NCBI GenBank assembly: GCA_013151445.1
Contig: JAADIG010000005.1
Span: forward strand, 30,838 to 94,837
DNA: 64,000 nt
DNA from: Actinomycetota bacterium
Lineage (GTDB): Bacteria; Actinomycetota; Acidimicrobiia; Spongiisociales; UBA5794
Direction of reading: 5' to 3'
Under the pieces are notes generated by a model. It ran no database searches, was not told the origin of the DNA, and saw only the letters and a list, made by a program, of their open reading frames with translations. Made by a program: the position numbers and the translations under genes. This document shows, piece after piece, positions 1 through 9,365 of the stretch. Numbering within the stretch: the stretch's first letter is position 1; every line of letters begins with the position of its first letter.

Positions 1-363
1 GTGCTGAACCGTCTCGAACGTCCGGTTTTCGGCACCGAGGTTCTGGGAGTTGGGATCGCCTACAAACCGGATATAGCCGACGATCGAGAATCCGCCTCGA
101 TCGAAGTCCTCCGCGAACTCGAAAAACGTGGTGCCCGGATCTCGGTCATTGACCCGGTCGTCGGCAAGGAACGTGTCGAGAGCCACGGTTTCACGTTTGT
201 TGACCCAGATGCCGATCTTTCGGTGTTCTCGCTTGCGGTCGTCCTCACGGACCATCGTGTTCTGGACCTGGCTGACATAGCCACACAGGTTGAAGCTGTC
301 CTCGACACGAGGGGAGCGTTTCGCAAACTTGGGACGATCCCCGACAACGTCGAAGTGCTGTGA
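1..363 (+). CDS. UDP-glucose/GDP-mannose dehydrogenase family protein, C-terminal fragment (5' end outside window)
   Basis: Translation 'GVGIAYKPDIADDRESASIEVLRELEKRGARISVIDPVV' matches the C-terminal domain of nucleotide-sugar 6-dehydrogenases. TGA stop at 361-363 overlaps the GTG start of the next gene. Confidence 0.6.
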   Translation: MLNRLERPVFGTEVLGVGIAYKPDIADDRESASIEVLRELEKRGARISVIDPVVGKERVESHGFTFVDPDADLSVFSLAVVLTDHRVLDLADIATQVEAVLDTRGAFRKLGTIPDNVEVL

Positions 364-1418
364 ACGGCCGCCGCCGAGTGCTCGTCGCTTCCTCGGTTCA
401 CCCACCCGACGATCCGCGCATCCGATGGAAGCTTATCGAGAGCCTACGCTCCGACTTTGATGTCATCTACTCGACCCGAGGCATCCCATCCGACCCCATG
501 GGTTTTGAGGTGCGAGTACTGAGTGGCGGGCGGATTCGCCGCACCGCGGCGACGTGGTGGCGTCTCGTGAGGGGTCAGTACGATGTGGCCAGCATCCATG
601 ATCCCGAGTTGCTGCCGGGTGCGATCGCTGCACGTCTGCTGGGTCGCACGATTGTGTTCGATATGCACGAGGACATCGTTGCTCAGATCCGTAGTAGAAA
701 GAAGATTCCCCGGTTTCTGCGACCAGTCGTAGCGCACGGTGTCGGCTGGATAGTTGCGGTCTCGGAACGTCTCATGGCGTTCACGCTGGCCGAGGACGGG
801 TACCACCGAGCGGTTAACAAGCCGCATCCTGTGTTCGCCAACTTCTTGCCGCGGATCTCTCTCGACCCGCGCACACCGACACCGGCGTCTGGTGTCGTGT
901 ATCTCGGCGACATCACCGAAGCCCGCGGTGCCGCGGTGCTCATCGACGCTCTGGAGGGAACCGGTCTCGGTCTCCATCTCGTCGGACGTTGTGCCGATGA
1001 GCTTGCCGGACGTCTGCGGAAGCAAGCCGACCTCGCCGATGTTGACCTTACCCTGCATGGGTTTGTGCCCCATGCTGATGCCCTTGCACTCATCGCACAC
1101 CACCACGTTGGGGTGAGTCCGCTGCTCGACGAACCCAACTATCGGGAATCGTTGCCGACGAAACTACTCGAATACGCCGCGATCGGGCTACCGGTCGTTG
1201 CTTCGGATCTACCCGGCACCCGAGTGATCGCCGAGGATCTCGTTGGTGTGGAGCTGGTCGCGCCAGGTGACGCAAACGCACTGCGAGTAGCTATCGAGTC
1301 GGTTGTCGACGACGTCTCTTTACGCCAGCGGGTTGCCAACGACGTCCAACGTGTCCGCCAAAAGTACCAGTGGCCGGCGGCGGAGGTTGTCGATTTCTAT
1401 GCCTCGTTGGGTCGCTGA
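360..1418 (+). CDS. Glycosyltransferase family 4 (GT-B, 'group 1') protein
   Basis: C-terminal motif 'ESLPTKLLEYAAIGLPVVASDLPG' is typical of GT1/GT4 retaining glycosyltransferases. GTG start shares a GTGA overlap with the upstream dehydrogenase. Confidence 0.8.
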   Translation: MNGRRRVLVASSVHPPDDPRIRWKLIESLRSDFDVIYSTRGIPSDPMGFEVRVLSGGRIRRTAATWWRLVRGQYDVASIHDPELLPGAIAARLLGRTIVFDMHEDIVAQIRSRKKIPRFLRPVVAHGVGWIVAVSERLMAFTLAEDGYHRAVNKPHPVFANFLPRISLDPRTPTPASGVVYLGDITEARGAAVLIDALEGTGLGLHLVGRCADELAGRLRKQADLADVDLTLHGFVPHADALALIAHHHVGVSPLLDEPNYRESLPTKLLEYAAIGLPVVASDLPGTRVIAEDLVGVELVAPGDANALRVAIESVVDDVSLRQRVANDVQRVRQKYQWPAAEVVDFYASLGR

Positions 1419-2983
1419 CGCCGGCCGACTAAGAAACCCGCCCCCCACGCAAAGTGCATGGTGGCTACCGCCGCCGCGAACCCGAGCGCTGCTTTGTCGC
1501 GAGTCTTGTAGAACCAGATAACGGTACCCGAGTAGATCGCAACCTCGTACACCGCACTCAGTGCGTAGAACGGCAGTCGTGTTCCCGACAGAGCCAGTAT
1601 CCCGGTGCCGAGGAACCCTATGACCAACGCCGGGGGAGCAAGTTGACGCAGGCGCATCGGAGCCTTGCCGCTCGTTATCACATGGCGTTTCCAGGCCCCG
1701 TACTGCCAATACTGCGATGCGAGTGCACGTAACGAGCGTCTCGGTCGGTAGACCACCGCCAGGGACGGGTCGAACCACACCTCATGTCCGGCTGCCCGCA
1801 ACCTTGCGTTCAGTTCGTAATCCTGGTTTCGGATCAGGGTCTCATCGAAATGGCCGACGGCATCAAGTTTCTTGCGGTCGAACACGCCGAGATACACCGT
1901 ATCCGTGGGACCCTCGATGCCACCGTATCGGAAGGCCGCGTCCCCGACGCCAATTCGAGATGTCATGGCGTAGGCAATGGTTCGCTGCATGGCCGAGATT
2001 CCCTCGGCGCGCTGCATGCCGCCCACATTCCCCGCACCGGTTCGCTGCAGGGTTGCGACTGCCTCAGCCACGTACGTGGCTGGCAGTTCCGTCTGTGCGT
2101 CGCAGCGGACGATGACATCGCCTGAAGTCGCCCGTATCGCGAGGTTGAGACCGACTGGTGTCGTTCCCCCCGGGTTGTCAACAACCCGCACACGCGAGTC
2201 CTGGGCGGCTCTTGCCGCAATGATGCGCCGGGTGTCATCCGTGGACGCTCCGTCAGCGATCACAATTTCGGTGATTGCGGTGTACGTCTGGCTGGCGATT
2301 GCATCGAGGGCTGCCCCGATGTAGGCACCACCGTTGCGCACCGGGATGATGACGCTTACCTGGAGTTGAGTTTCGCCTGTGGTCGGCCCGGTGTTGGCGG
2401 AATCCCACCGCTCATGGCGTGGGAGTGGCGGATACTTGTCCGTCGCCTCGAGCCCCTGTGCCTTCGATAACCATGCATCGCCAACATCGCCGAACGGCTC
2501 ATGGCGCTCTTGTGCATGGAGCATCAATTCTGCGGCCGAGGTCCGGGCCTTGTCGATCACCCGTTCGGGATAGTTCAGCGTCTTGAGGTGTTCGAGGAAC
2601 TCGTCCTCGTCATCGAGCTCCACCGTCTCGGTGTTTCTGTGTCGGAGCACGTCGAGGTCGAGGTCGACCATTTTCACCCACCCGTCGCCCCACTCTGGTG
2701 GTGTACAAACATCGATGTACAGGTTGAGGTCCGAACCACTCTGGAACACCGCGGACCACCATCCACTATGCGGGATTACCTTCACCCATGTGCTTGATGC
2801 CTGTGACGGTGTTTCGCTACCGCGCTGGGTCGCGGTCCCGGCGGGCGCCCAGAACCACCGACCGTACTCGTCCTCTCCGAGCGCATACATCTGATAATGC
2901 CAATGCGGCTTGTCGGGCCATTTTCTGAAGTCGATGTCGATAATTTCCACAAGACTCCCGGAGCGAGTAGCGAACGATGCCAA
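1397..2983 (-). CDS. Fusion protein: N-terminal ~200 aa DUF402/FomD-like domain, central GT2 glycosyltransferase domain, C-terminal transmembrane segments
   Basis: GT2 motifs 'VSVIIPVRNG', 'DGASTDDT' and 'RCDAQ' sit in residues ~207-400. The N-terminal region 'HWHYQMYALGEDEYG...LYIDVCTP...MVDLDLDV' resembles DUF402 (FomD-like nucleotide phosphohydrolase fold). Two hydrophobic helices lie at the C-terminus. TTG start at 2983. Confidence 0.7.
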   Translation of the reverse strand: MASFATRSGSLVEIIDIDFRKWPDKPHWHYQMYALGEDEYGRWFWAPAGTATQRGSETPSQASSTWVKVIPHSGWWSAVFQSGSDLNLYIDVCTPPEWGDGWVKMVDLDLDVLRHRNTETVELDDEDEFLEHLKTLNYPERVIDKARTSAAELMLHAQERHEPFGDVGDAWLSKAQGLEATDKYPPLPRHERWDSANTGPTTGETQLQVSVIIPVRNGGAYIGAALDAIASQTYTAITEIVIADGASTDDTRRIIAARAAQDSRVRVVDNPGGTTPVGLNLAIRATSGDVIVRCDAQTELPATYVAEAVATLQRTGAGNVGGMQRAEGISAMQRTIAYAMTSRIGVGDAAFRYGGIEGPTDTVYLGVFDRKKLDAVGHFDETLIRNQDYELNARLRAAGHEVWFDPSLAVVYRPRRSLRALASQYWQYGAWKRHVITSGKAPMRLRQLAPPALVIGFLGTGILALSGTRLPFYALSAVYEVAIYSGTVIWFYKTRDKAALGFAAAVATMHFAWGAGFLVGRRQRPNEA

Positions 2984-3009
2984 ACGATAGTGAGGTGGGT
3001 TCCGTTAAC

Positions 3010-3045
3010 GAGAGAAGGTGGACCCTGACAGGTCCACCTTCTCTC
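3010..3045 (-). terminator. Perfect 15-bp stem / 6-nt loop hairpin downstream of korB (no U-tract)
   Basis: GAGAGAAGGTGGACC-ctgaca-GGTCCACCTTCTCTC (3010-3024 / 3031-3045) lies 25 nt after the korB stop, between korB and the GT2 fusion gene start. Confidence 0.45.
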
Positions 3046-3069
3046 CTGTAAATCGCGGGTAACAGGGTC

Positions 3070-4089
3070 CTAGGTGACTGTCCACGTACCGCCGCTTGCC
3101 AGCAGATCCCCAAGGTCACCGGGGCCTTGTTTGGCTTGGGCATCCACGAGTTGTCGGGTGACCTCGGCTTCGTACGTGGGGCGAGGAACGTCGCGAAAGA
3201 CACCAACCGGGGTCGGACCGTACGGTCCGTGGCTCAACCGGCTGATCGCAAAGGCGACCGACGGGTCCGGCTGGTTGACGTCGTGAACATGGATCGCATC
3301 CAATCCCACGTCGGCGACCTTGACGATTGCGGCACCCGTACTTGTAATGACGATGCCGTTTTCGTCGTCCTTGCCAAACACGATGGGTGCTCCGTGTTTG
3401 AGGTACACCCGGTTGGCTACCTTTTCATCCTTAGCGGTCAACTGGATAAACGCCTTGTCGTTGAACACGTTGCAGTTCTGGTAGATCTCGATGAACGCCG
3501 TCCCCTTGTGTCCGTAGGCGGCCGTAAGGATGTCCGCGGTCATATTGCGGTCCATGTCAATCGTTCGGGCCACAAACGATGCTTCGGCACCGAGGGCGAG
3601 GCTCACCGGGTTGAACGGGTAGTCGATCGACCCCATCGGGCTCGTCTTGGTCCGCTTCCCAACCTCGGAGGTCGGCGAGTACTGACCCTTGGTGAGTCCG
3701 TAGATCTGGTTGTTGAACAGCAGGATCTTCAGATTGACGTTGCGGCGCAGCGCATGGATCAGATGGTTGCCACCAATGGACAGTGCATCACCGTCGCCGG
3801 TGATGACCCAGACATGAAGATCCGGGTTGGCGGTGGCAATACCGGAGGCGAATGCGGGCGCTCGGCCGTGGATAGTGTGCATGCCGTAGGTGTCCATGTA
3901 GTACGGGAACCGTGAAGAACATCCGATACCGGCGACGAAGACATGTTTTTCCTTGTCGACGTCGTCGAGCGTCGCGAGAAAGTTCTGCACCGACGCAAGG
4001 ATCGTGTAGTCACCACAGCCGGGGCACCACTTGACCTCTTGGTCGCTCTGGAAGTCCGAGCGTTGGTAGCGTGTTGCTGTTGCGCTCAT
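3070..4089 (-). CDS. korB: 2-oxoglutarate:ferredoxin oxidoreductase, beta subunit (TPP-binding)
   Basis: 'KWCPGCGDYTI' Cys motif and 'VITGDGDALSIGGNHLIHALRRNVNLKILLFNNQIYGLTKGQ' TPP-binding region. 4-nt overlap with korA. Confidence 0.9.
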   Translation of the reverse strand: MSATATRYQRSDFQSDQEVKWCPGCGDYTILASVQNFLATLDDVDKEKHVFVAGIGCSSRFPYYMDTYGMHTIHGRAPAFASGIATANPDLHVWVITGDGDALSIGGNHLIHALRRNVNLKILLFNNQIYGLTKGQYSPTSEVGKRTKTSPMGSIDYPFNPVSLALGAEASFVARTIDMDRNMTADILTAAYGHKGTAFIEIYQNCNVFNDKAFIQLTAKDEKVANRVYLKHGAPIVFGKDDENGIVITSTGAAIVKVADVGLDAIHVHDVNQPDPSVAFAISRLSHGPYGPTPVGVFRDVPRPTYEAEVTRQLVDAQAKQGPGDLGDLLASGGTWTVT

Positions 4090-5960
4090 GTGCGGTCTCC
4101 TTCGATGGTCGCAACGATTCGGGCCTGAATCTCGGTCGCCTTGAACGGCACACCCATGATCTTGGGATACGACTCGATCGGGATGAGGTACTCGGCCTGG
4201 AGCAGTTTGCTGAGCTGCCCTCGGTTGAGTTCCGGCACGATGACGTGTTTGTACGACCGTAGGACGCTGCCCAGATTCGCTGGGAACGGGAAGAGGTGGC
4301 GCAAATGTGCCGATGCCACGCTGTTGTACCCGGCCTGTTGGGCACGCAATACGCCCGCCCTAATCGACCCGTAGGTGCCGCCCCAACCGAGCACGAGAAC
4401 GTCTCCGTTCTCGGGTCCTTCGACAGTGACCGGCGGAATATCCTTTGCGATTCCGGCGATCTTTCGCTCCCGCAGTTCGGTCATCGCGGCATGATTCTCG
4501 GGAACGTAGTTGACGTTGCCGGTCTCGACCTGCTTCTCGAGTCCGCCGAGGCGATGCTCGAGGCCCGGTGTTCCGGGGATCGCCCACGGACGGGCCAGGA
4601 ATTCGTTTCGTTTGTACGGCAAGAACTCACCGTCTTCACCGTTCGGCTCCGTCGCAAAGCTCACCGGCATCTCCGGAAGGCTCGCAACGTCGGGCAACAT
4701 CCACGGTTCTGATGAGTTGGCGACAAAACCGTCTGACAACAAAATGACCGGTGTCATGTATTTGAGGGCGATTCTGCACGCCTCAATCGCTGTAGAAAAC
4801 GCATCTCCGGGACTCGCCGCGGCAATCACCGGCAGTGGCGACTCGCCATGCCGTCCGTAGATCGCGGACATCAGGTCGGCCTGTTCCGTCTTTGTTGGGA
4901 TACCCGTCGACGGACCAGCACGTTGTACGTTGACGATGACAAGGGGGAGTTCCATCATCAGTGCGAGCGAGATGGTTTCGCTCTTGAGCGCAACCCCGGG
5001 ACCGCTCGTGCCGGTTGCCGCGAGGTGACCAGCGAACGATGCTCCCACCGAAATCCCGGCAGCTGCGATCTCGTCTTCGGCCTGGAAGGTCTTGACGCCG
5101 AAATGCTTCTGGCGCGCCAGCTCCTCCAAAACACCCGAAGCCGGAGTAATCGGATACGAACCGAAGAACAGCGGAAGTTTCGCCAACTGTGCAGCGGCGA
5201 TCAGTCCCCAGGCGAGTGCCTTGTTGCCCGTGATGTTCGTATAAGTTCCTGCGGGCATCTTTGCCGGCGGCACGTCATACTTGTAGTGCACTGCATCGGT
5301 CGTGATGCCGTAGTTGTAACCAGCCTTGAGGGCCATCGTGTTCGCTTTTCCAACCGGTTGGTCGGCGCCGAACTTCTTATCGATCCAGTCGGTGATCGGG
5401 TCGAGTGTGCGGCCAAACATCCATGTGATGAGGCCCAGGGCGAAGAAATTCTTCGAGCGCAGCGTTGCCCGGCCGCGCACCCCGCTGTCCACGACTGCGA
5501 GTTTGGTGAGTTCCTCCATCGGGACGGATAGGACGTTGTATTGGTCAAGCGTCCCATCCTCGCGCGGATCTACGTCGTACCCGCATTTCGCAAAGTTTCG
5601 TTCGTTGAACGCGTCGGAGTTGAGGATGAGCAGTCCGGCCTCTTCGACGTCCGCAAGGTTCGCCATGAGTGCCGCTGGATTCATCGCGACCAACACGTCG
5701 GGTGCATCCCCGGGGGTGAGGATGTCAAAGTCGGCGATGTGGATTTGGAAAGAGGAAACTCCCGCTACCGTGCCGGCGGGGGCCCGGATCTCAGCCGGGA
5801 AACTCGGGAAAGTGGCCAAGTCGTTTCCGAACAAGGCTGACGCGTCGGTGAAGCGCGTCCCTGCGAGCTGCATGCCGTCGCCAGAGTCTCCAGCGAACCG
5901 GATGACGATCCGGTCTCTGTGTTGCACCTCTGGGTCGGCCAGTAACGTGTCTTGTGTCAC
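4086..5960 (-). CDS. korA: 2-oxoglutarate:ferredoxin oxidoreductase, alpha subunit (fused gamma-alpha type)
   Basis: N-terminus 'RIVIRFAGDSGDGMQLAG' and overall similarity to the mycobacterial KorA family. GTG start at 5960 preceded by AGGAG. Confidence 0.9.
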   Translation of the reverse strand: MTQDTLLADPEVQHRDRIVIRFAGDSGDGMQLAGTRFTDASALFGNDLATFPSFPAEIRAPAGTVAGVSSFQIHIADFDILTPGDAPDVLVAMNPAALMANLADVEEAGLLILNSDAFNERNFAKCGYDVDPREDGTLDQYNVLSVPMEELTKLAVVDSGVRGRATLRSKNFFALGLITWMFGRTLDPITDWIDKKFGADQPVGKANTMALKAGYNYGITTDAVHYKYDVPPAKMPAGTYTNITGNKALAWGLIAAAQLAKLPLFFGSYPITPASGVLEELARQKHFGVKTFQAEDEIAAAGISVGASFAGHLAATGTSGPGVALKSETISLALMMELPLVIVNVQRAGPSTGIPTKTEQADLMSAIYGRHGESPLPVIAAASPGDAFSTAIEACRIALKYMTPVILLSDGFVANSSEPWMLPDVASLPEMPVSFATEPNGEDGEFLPYKRNEFLARPWAIPGTPGLEHRLGGLEKQVETGNVNYVPENHAAMTELRERKIAGIAKDIPPVTVEGPENGDVLVLGWGGTYGSIRAGVLRAQQAGYNSVASAHLRHLFPFPANLGSVLRSYKHVIVPELNRGQLSKLLQAEYLIPIESYPKIMGVPFKATEIQARIVATIEGDRT

Positions 5961-6029
5961 CGTACTCTGCTCCTTGATACACCGAGGGGGTTCCCCGGCA
6001 GTTCATCTGGTATGTCGGCATGTGGACGC

Positions 6030-6064
6030 GAAAAAGACAGGGCTTTTGCAAGATTGCAAGCCCC
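6030..6064 (-). terminator. Rho-independent terminator of the amidase gene
   Basis: Minus-strand reading gives GGGGCTTGCAATCTTGCAAAAGCCC followed by TGTCTTTTTCG: a stem-loop plus T-tract about 34 nt after the amidase stop (6097). Confidence 0.6.
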
Positions 6065-6096
6065 GTCTCGACTCCGCCTATTCCCGATTGATATAT

Positions 6097-7470
6097 TCAT
6101 TGTGGCCTGCGATAGACACAGATGCCTGCGTTCTCGAGTTGTGCTGCGATCGCCAGCAGACGCCGCTCACTCCATGGTGATCCGACGAGTTGAATCGCCA
6201 TGGGGGGTGATGTCCCAAGAACACTTGCAGGCAGTGTAAACCCTGGAAGGCCGACTTCGTTAACCATTGCGCTGAAGCGGGCTATCGGGGCCCTGTAGTG
6301 CACTGTCTCCCCACTGCTCAGCGTGACCTCCGACGAGCCGATGGATTTACGAATCACCCCGGTCGCGGGGGTGATGAGCGCGTCGACCGTGTCGAGAACC
6401 CGTTCGAATTCATCACCGAGACGCCGGCGCTGAGAAAGGGCCGTGAGGTAGTCCGCTCCCGTGGCGGTGAGCGTCCGGGCGAGGCGGTCACGCACATTGG
6501 GTCCATACTTCTCCGGCGTCGCGAGGAGCCGAGCGCGATGCACGTCGGCCACTTCCCAGTATCCGGACGGTGTGCCGGTGTTCGTCGGAGCGAGCGATGG
6601 GGCCACGATGTCGACGAGGGTGACACCCGCGTGCGCCAGGGCGTCAAGTGCTGCGTGCCATCCCTGTGCGACGTCGGCCGTGACCCGGGAGTCATCGACC
6701 CAGGGACGGGGAACACCGAGCGTGATCGTGTCGAGTGGGGGAGCAGGCACTGGTTCCTCAATGGGCCTGTCGACCGTCCAGGGGTCGCTTGCATCGGGTC
6801 CGGCGATCACCCGATAAATCGATTCAATGTCGGCGACGGTGCGGGCGAGTGGACCCACCGTGTCGAGTGACGTCGCCAGCGGGTACACCCCGCTGATGGG
6901 GACGCGGCCGTGGGTGACCTTAAGTCCGAAAATGCCGCAAAGTGCTGCCGGGACACGGACCGAACCACCGGTGTCCGTTCCCAAAGCGAACGAGCATACG
7001 CCTGCCGCAACCGCGGCGGCGCTTCCACCCGACGAACCACCGACTGACAGGGAAGTGTCCCACGGGTTCCGGACCGGGCCGAACCAGTGGTTTTCAGAAT
7101 CGAAACCAAAGGCATATTCATGGAGTCCGGTACGCCCGGTCGGCACCGCACCGGCGGCTATGAGGCGGGCGACGACCGGTGCGTCCGCGGTCGGAAACAC
7201 CGGCTCGAACGACCCCCCGCAGGTGTTGGGGAGTCCCTCCTGGTCGATGAGGTCCTTGACCGCAAACGTCGCCCCGGAGAGCGGTCGGTCGCTGGCCTGG
7301 GTCCGCGCAATCGTGAGCGCATGAGTGCGGTCTATCAACGTAAATGCGTTCAGCTTGGGTTGGCTCGCCGCTGCCCTGTCGAGGGAGTCCTCTACGAGTT
7401 CGGCGACAGTTCGTTCGCCGGACCCAACGAGGCGGGAAGCCTCCGCTGCTGTCGGTGCGAACGATGTCAT
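6097..7470 (-). CDS. Amidase (amidase-signature family, GatA-like)
   Basis: AS-family signature 'GGSSGGSAAAVAAGVCSFALGTDTGGSVRVPAALCG' with the Ser-cisSer-Lys triad region. Confidence 0.85.
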   Translation of the reverse strand: MTSFAPTAAEASRLVGSGERTVAELVEDSLDRAAASQPKLNAFTLIDRTHALTIARTQASDRPLSGATFAVKDLIDQEGLPNTCGGSFEPVFPTADAPVVARLIAAGAVPTGRTGLHEYAFGFDSENHWFGPVRNPWDTSLSVGGSSGGSAAAVAAGVCSFALGTDTGGSVRVPAALCGIFGLKVTHGRVPISGVYPLATSLDTVGPLARTVADIESIYRVIAGPDASDPWTVDRPIEEPVPAPPLDTITLGVPRPWVDDSRVTADVAQGWHAALDALAHAGVTLVDIVAPSLAPTNTGTPSGYWEVADVHRARLLATPEKYGPNVRDRLARTLTATGADYLTALSQRRRLGDEFERVLDTVDALITPATGVIRKSIGSSEVTLSSGETVHYRAPIARFSAMVNEVGLPGFTLPASVLGTSPPMAIQLVGSPWSERRLLAIAAQLENAGICVYRRPQ

Positions 7471-7480
7471 CAGACGCTCA

Positions 7481-8602
7481 TCATTCGTAGGTCAGTATCC
7501 GGTTATCGGGGAACACCGATATCCATGGGATACCCCGGGGCAGTTCGATCGGGTCGCCATTGGAATCAACGAGATGGAACGGTTCGTCGATCGAGTCTCG
7601 CACCCAGGTCCCTTCAACGACTCCGCCGTCGTAGAACACCACGGCACGGTTGGTGCCAACGGTATCGAGCGCCGGTACCGACGATCCGGATTGTCCGCCG
7701 CGTGGAGACGCCGTGTAGCGGGTTGCGAACAGCACAACAAGGGTGTCGGCGGCGATCTGGGTTTCTTCCCCCGACTCGGAAACCTCGTTCGCCTCAAGTG
7801 TCCCGTTGAACCTGACGTATCGGGCCCCGTCCCACTCCCACCGTACCTCGGGAAAATCGGACCAATCGAGCGTGATTTCGCTCGCCGAACCCACTGGCGT
7901 TGTCGGTGCATCCGAGAAGTTGAACATCGGGGGAGGGGGTTCATTCGGTAGGCTGCGTCGGTCGGCCTCGACCCGCATCTTGGTGGTATCTCCGTAGAGA
8001 TTGTGAGGTGCCGAGCGTGACGAAATGCGGAACGTCGTGACACCCTCACCCAGTAACTTCACCCCGGCCTGGTTGAACTTCCCCTGCACCCAACTTTGGG
8101 CGCCCGATATCTGCAGCGGCCCACCAAGGGGCTTGAGGAGTGTCGGGTCGGTCGGGCGGCCCGAGCGAATCGGTCCGATATAGGACGTATCGGAGCTCTG
8201 GAACAGGACGATGAATCTGGTGAGTCCACCCTCGACGAGCAACTCGTAGATCGCATCCGCTTGGTTGAGGCTGGACTGTGGTCGCGCCTTGGGGTGGTTA
8301 TCAATCTTGACGGCGATGACCCGGCGGTTCAGGAGTGCGGCATCGGTGACACCGAGCCCGTTCATCGGTGAAGGCTCGCCAACCAGTTTGGGAAGCGTTG
8401 AAGTCGTCGAGGTCGTCGTGGTCGGCGCTGCGGTCGTGGTTGGTGCCGATGTTGACGTCTCCGACGGAGAAGTTGTCGCCGGTGCAGCGGACGTTGTGGT
8501 TGGCGCAGTGCTCCCGCCGCATGCAGTAGCGAGGACAGCAAAAGTAAGAAGGAGCGAGGAAATGCGTATGCGGCTCACGGCGAGCGAGTGTAACCCGCTC
8601 AC
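7481..8602 (-). CDS. DUF3048-family secreted lipoprotein
   Basis: Signal peptide ending '...AVLATAC' followed by a Thr/Ser/Pro/Ala-rich linker. Remainder matches DUF3048 N- and C-terminal domains ('AVKIDNHP', 'RSGRPTD'). Confidence 0.6.
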   Translation of the reverse strand: MSGLHSLAVSRIRISSLLLTFAVLATACGGSTAPTTTSAAPATTSPSETSTSAPTTTAAPTTTTSTTSTLPKLVGEPSPMNGLGVTDAALLNRRVIAVKIDNHPKARPQSSLNQADAIYELLVEGGLTRFIVLFQSSDTSYIGPIRSGRPTDPTLLKPLGGPLQISGAQSWVQGKFNQAGVKLLGEGVTTFRISSRSAPHNLYGDTTKMRVEADRRSLPNEPPPPMFNFSDAPTTPVGSASEITLDWSDFPEVRWEWDGARYVRFNGTLEANEVSESGEETQIAADTLVVLFATRYTASPRGGQSGSSVPALDTVGTNRAVVFYDGGVVEGTWVRDSIDEPFHLVDSNGDPIELPRGIPWISVFPDNRILTYE

Positions 8603-8633
8603 TGCACTACGTCATACCGGGTGCCCCGCGACA

Positions 8634-8639
8634 TATAAT
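8634..8639 (+). promoter_or_regulatory. Consensus -10 hexamer TATAAT placed for a leaderless transcript of the downstream DNA-alkylation repair gene
   Basis: TATAAT at 8634-8639 is 6 nt before the ATG at 8646 with no Shine-Dalgarno sequence between. Leaderless mRNAs are common in Actinobacteria. Confidence 0.35.
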
Positions 8640-8645
8640 TCCACC

Positions 8646-9332
8646 ATGTCCGAGCTCACGCGGTTTGTTGAAACGAGGCTGTCCACAGCCGCCAATGCTG
8701 AGAAAGCCGCAGGTATGACGCGATACATGAAGTCGTCCATGCCTTTTTACGGTGTTCAAAAACCGGGTCGGGATCTCGTCCTGCGTGAGCTGAAGAATGC
8801 CTTTCGGCCTGAGGATTCGCGGGAGTATCACAACGCGGTTCTGGAACTGTGGGGTCTGGCTCATCGCGAGGAGAAGTACCTGGCCATCGCGTACGCCCAA
8901 ACGTTCACGGAGTTCGTCACCATCGACCACCTTGATCTATTCGAGCGGTTGGTACGCGAGGGGGCGTGGTGGGATTTTGTCGACGACATCGCAATTCGCC
9001 TTGTGGGTGTGGTACTTCGTGACGAACCTGAACGGGTTGGCCGAGTGATGGACGACTGGATCTCCGATCCGGACCTGTGGATTCGGCGCACCGCAATAAT
9101 CTGTCAGTTGAAACACAAGACGTTGACAGACCAAGAGCGGCTGTTCCGCTTCTGCCTCGACCGGGGTGGTGAAACCGAGTTCTTCATTCGTAAAGCGATC
9201 GGTTGGGCGTTGCGCGAATACGCCAAAACGGCTCCGGAGGCGGTCACCGGGTTTCTGCTTGACCATGCGTCCGTCTGGTCTGGGTTGACATTTCGCGAGG
9301 CCGCGAAGCATCTCGACATTGACCGCCCCTGA
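8646..9332 (+). CDS. DNA alkylation repair protein (AlkD/AlkC-like HEAT-repeat fold; DNA_alkylation family)
   Basis: 'MSELTRFVETRLS...KYMKSSMPFYGV...WWD...WIRRTAIICQL...FIRKAIGWALREYAK' is typical of PF08713. The ORF-track start at 8265 was rejected because it overlaps the DUF3048 gene. Confidence 0.75.
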   Translation: MSELTRFVETRLSTAANAEKAAGMTRYMKSSMPFYGVQKPGRDLVLRELKNAFRPEDSREYHNAVLELWGLAHREEKYLAIAYAQTFTEFVTIDHLDLFERLVREGAWWDFVDDIAIRLVGVVLRDEPERVGRVMDDWISDPDLWIRRTAIICQLKHKTLTDQERLFRFCLDRGGETEFFIRKAIGWALREYAKTAPEAVTGFLLDHASVWSGLTFREAAKHLDIDRP

Positions 9333-9334
9333 AA

Positions 9335-9359
9335 CCTGCTCAAAGGCAGAACGAGCAGG
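9335..9359. terminator. Hairpin between convergent alkylation-repair gene and sodX (putative bidirectional terminator)
   Basis: CCTGCTC-aaaggcagaac-GAGCAGG, 7-bp stem, in the 33-nt gap between the two stop codons. Confidence 0.3.
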
Positions 9360-9365
9360 ATGACG

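Noticed and set aside
5326-6180. 284-aa + strand ORF antisense to korA
   Set aside because: Overlaps korA and the intergenic terminator. Ser/Ala/Arg-rich. Judged an artefact.
8265-8645. 127-aa N-terminal extension of the alkylation-repair ORF
   Set aside because: Overlaps the DUF3048 gene on the other strand. The extension is low-complexity (V/G/A runs). The conserved protein starts at MSELTRF and is preceded by a TATAAT -10.
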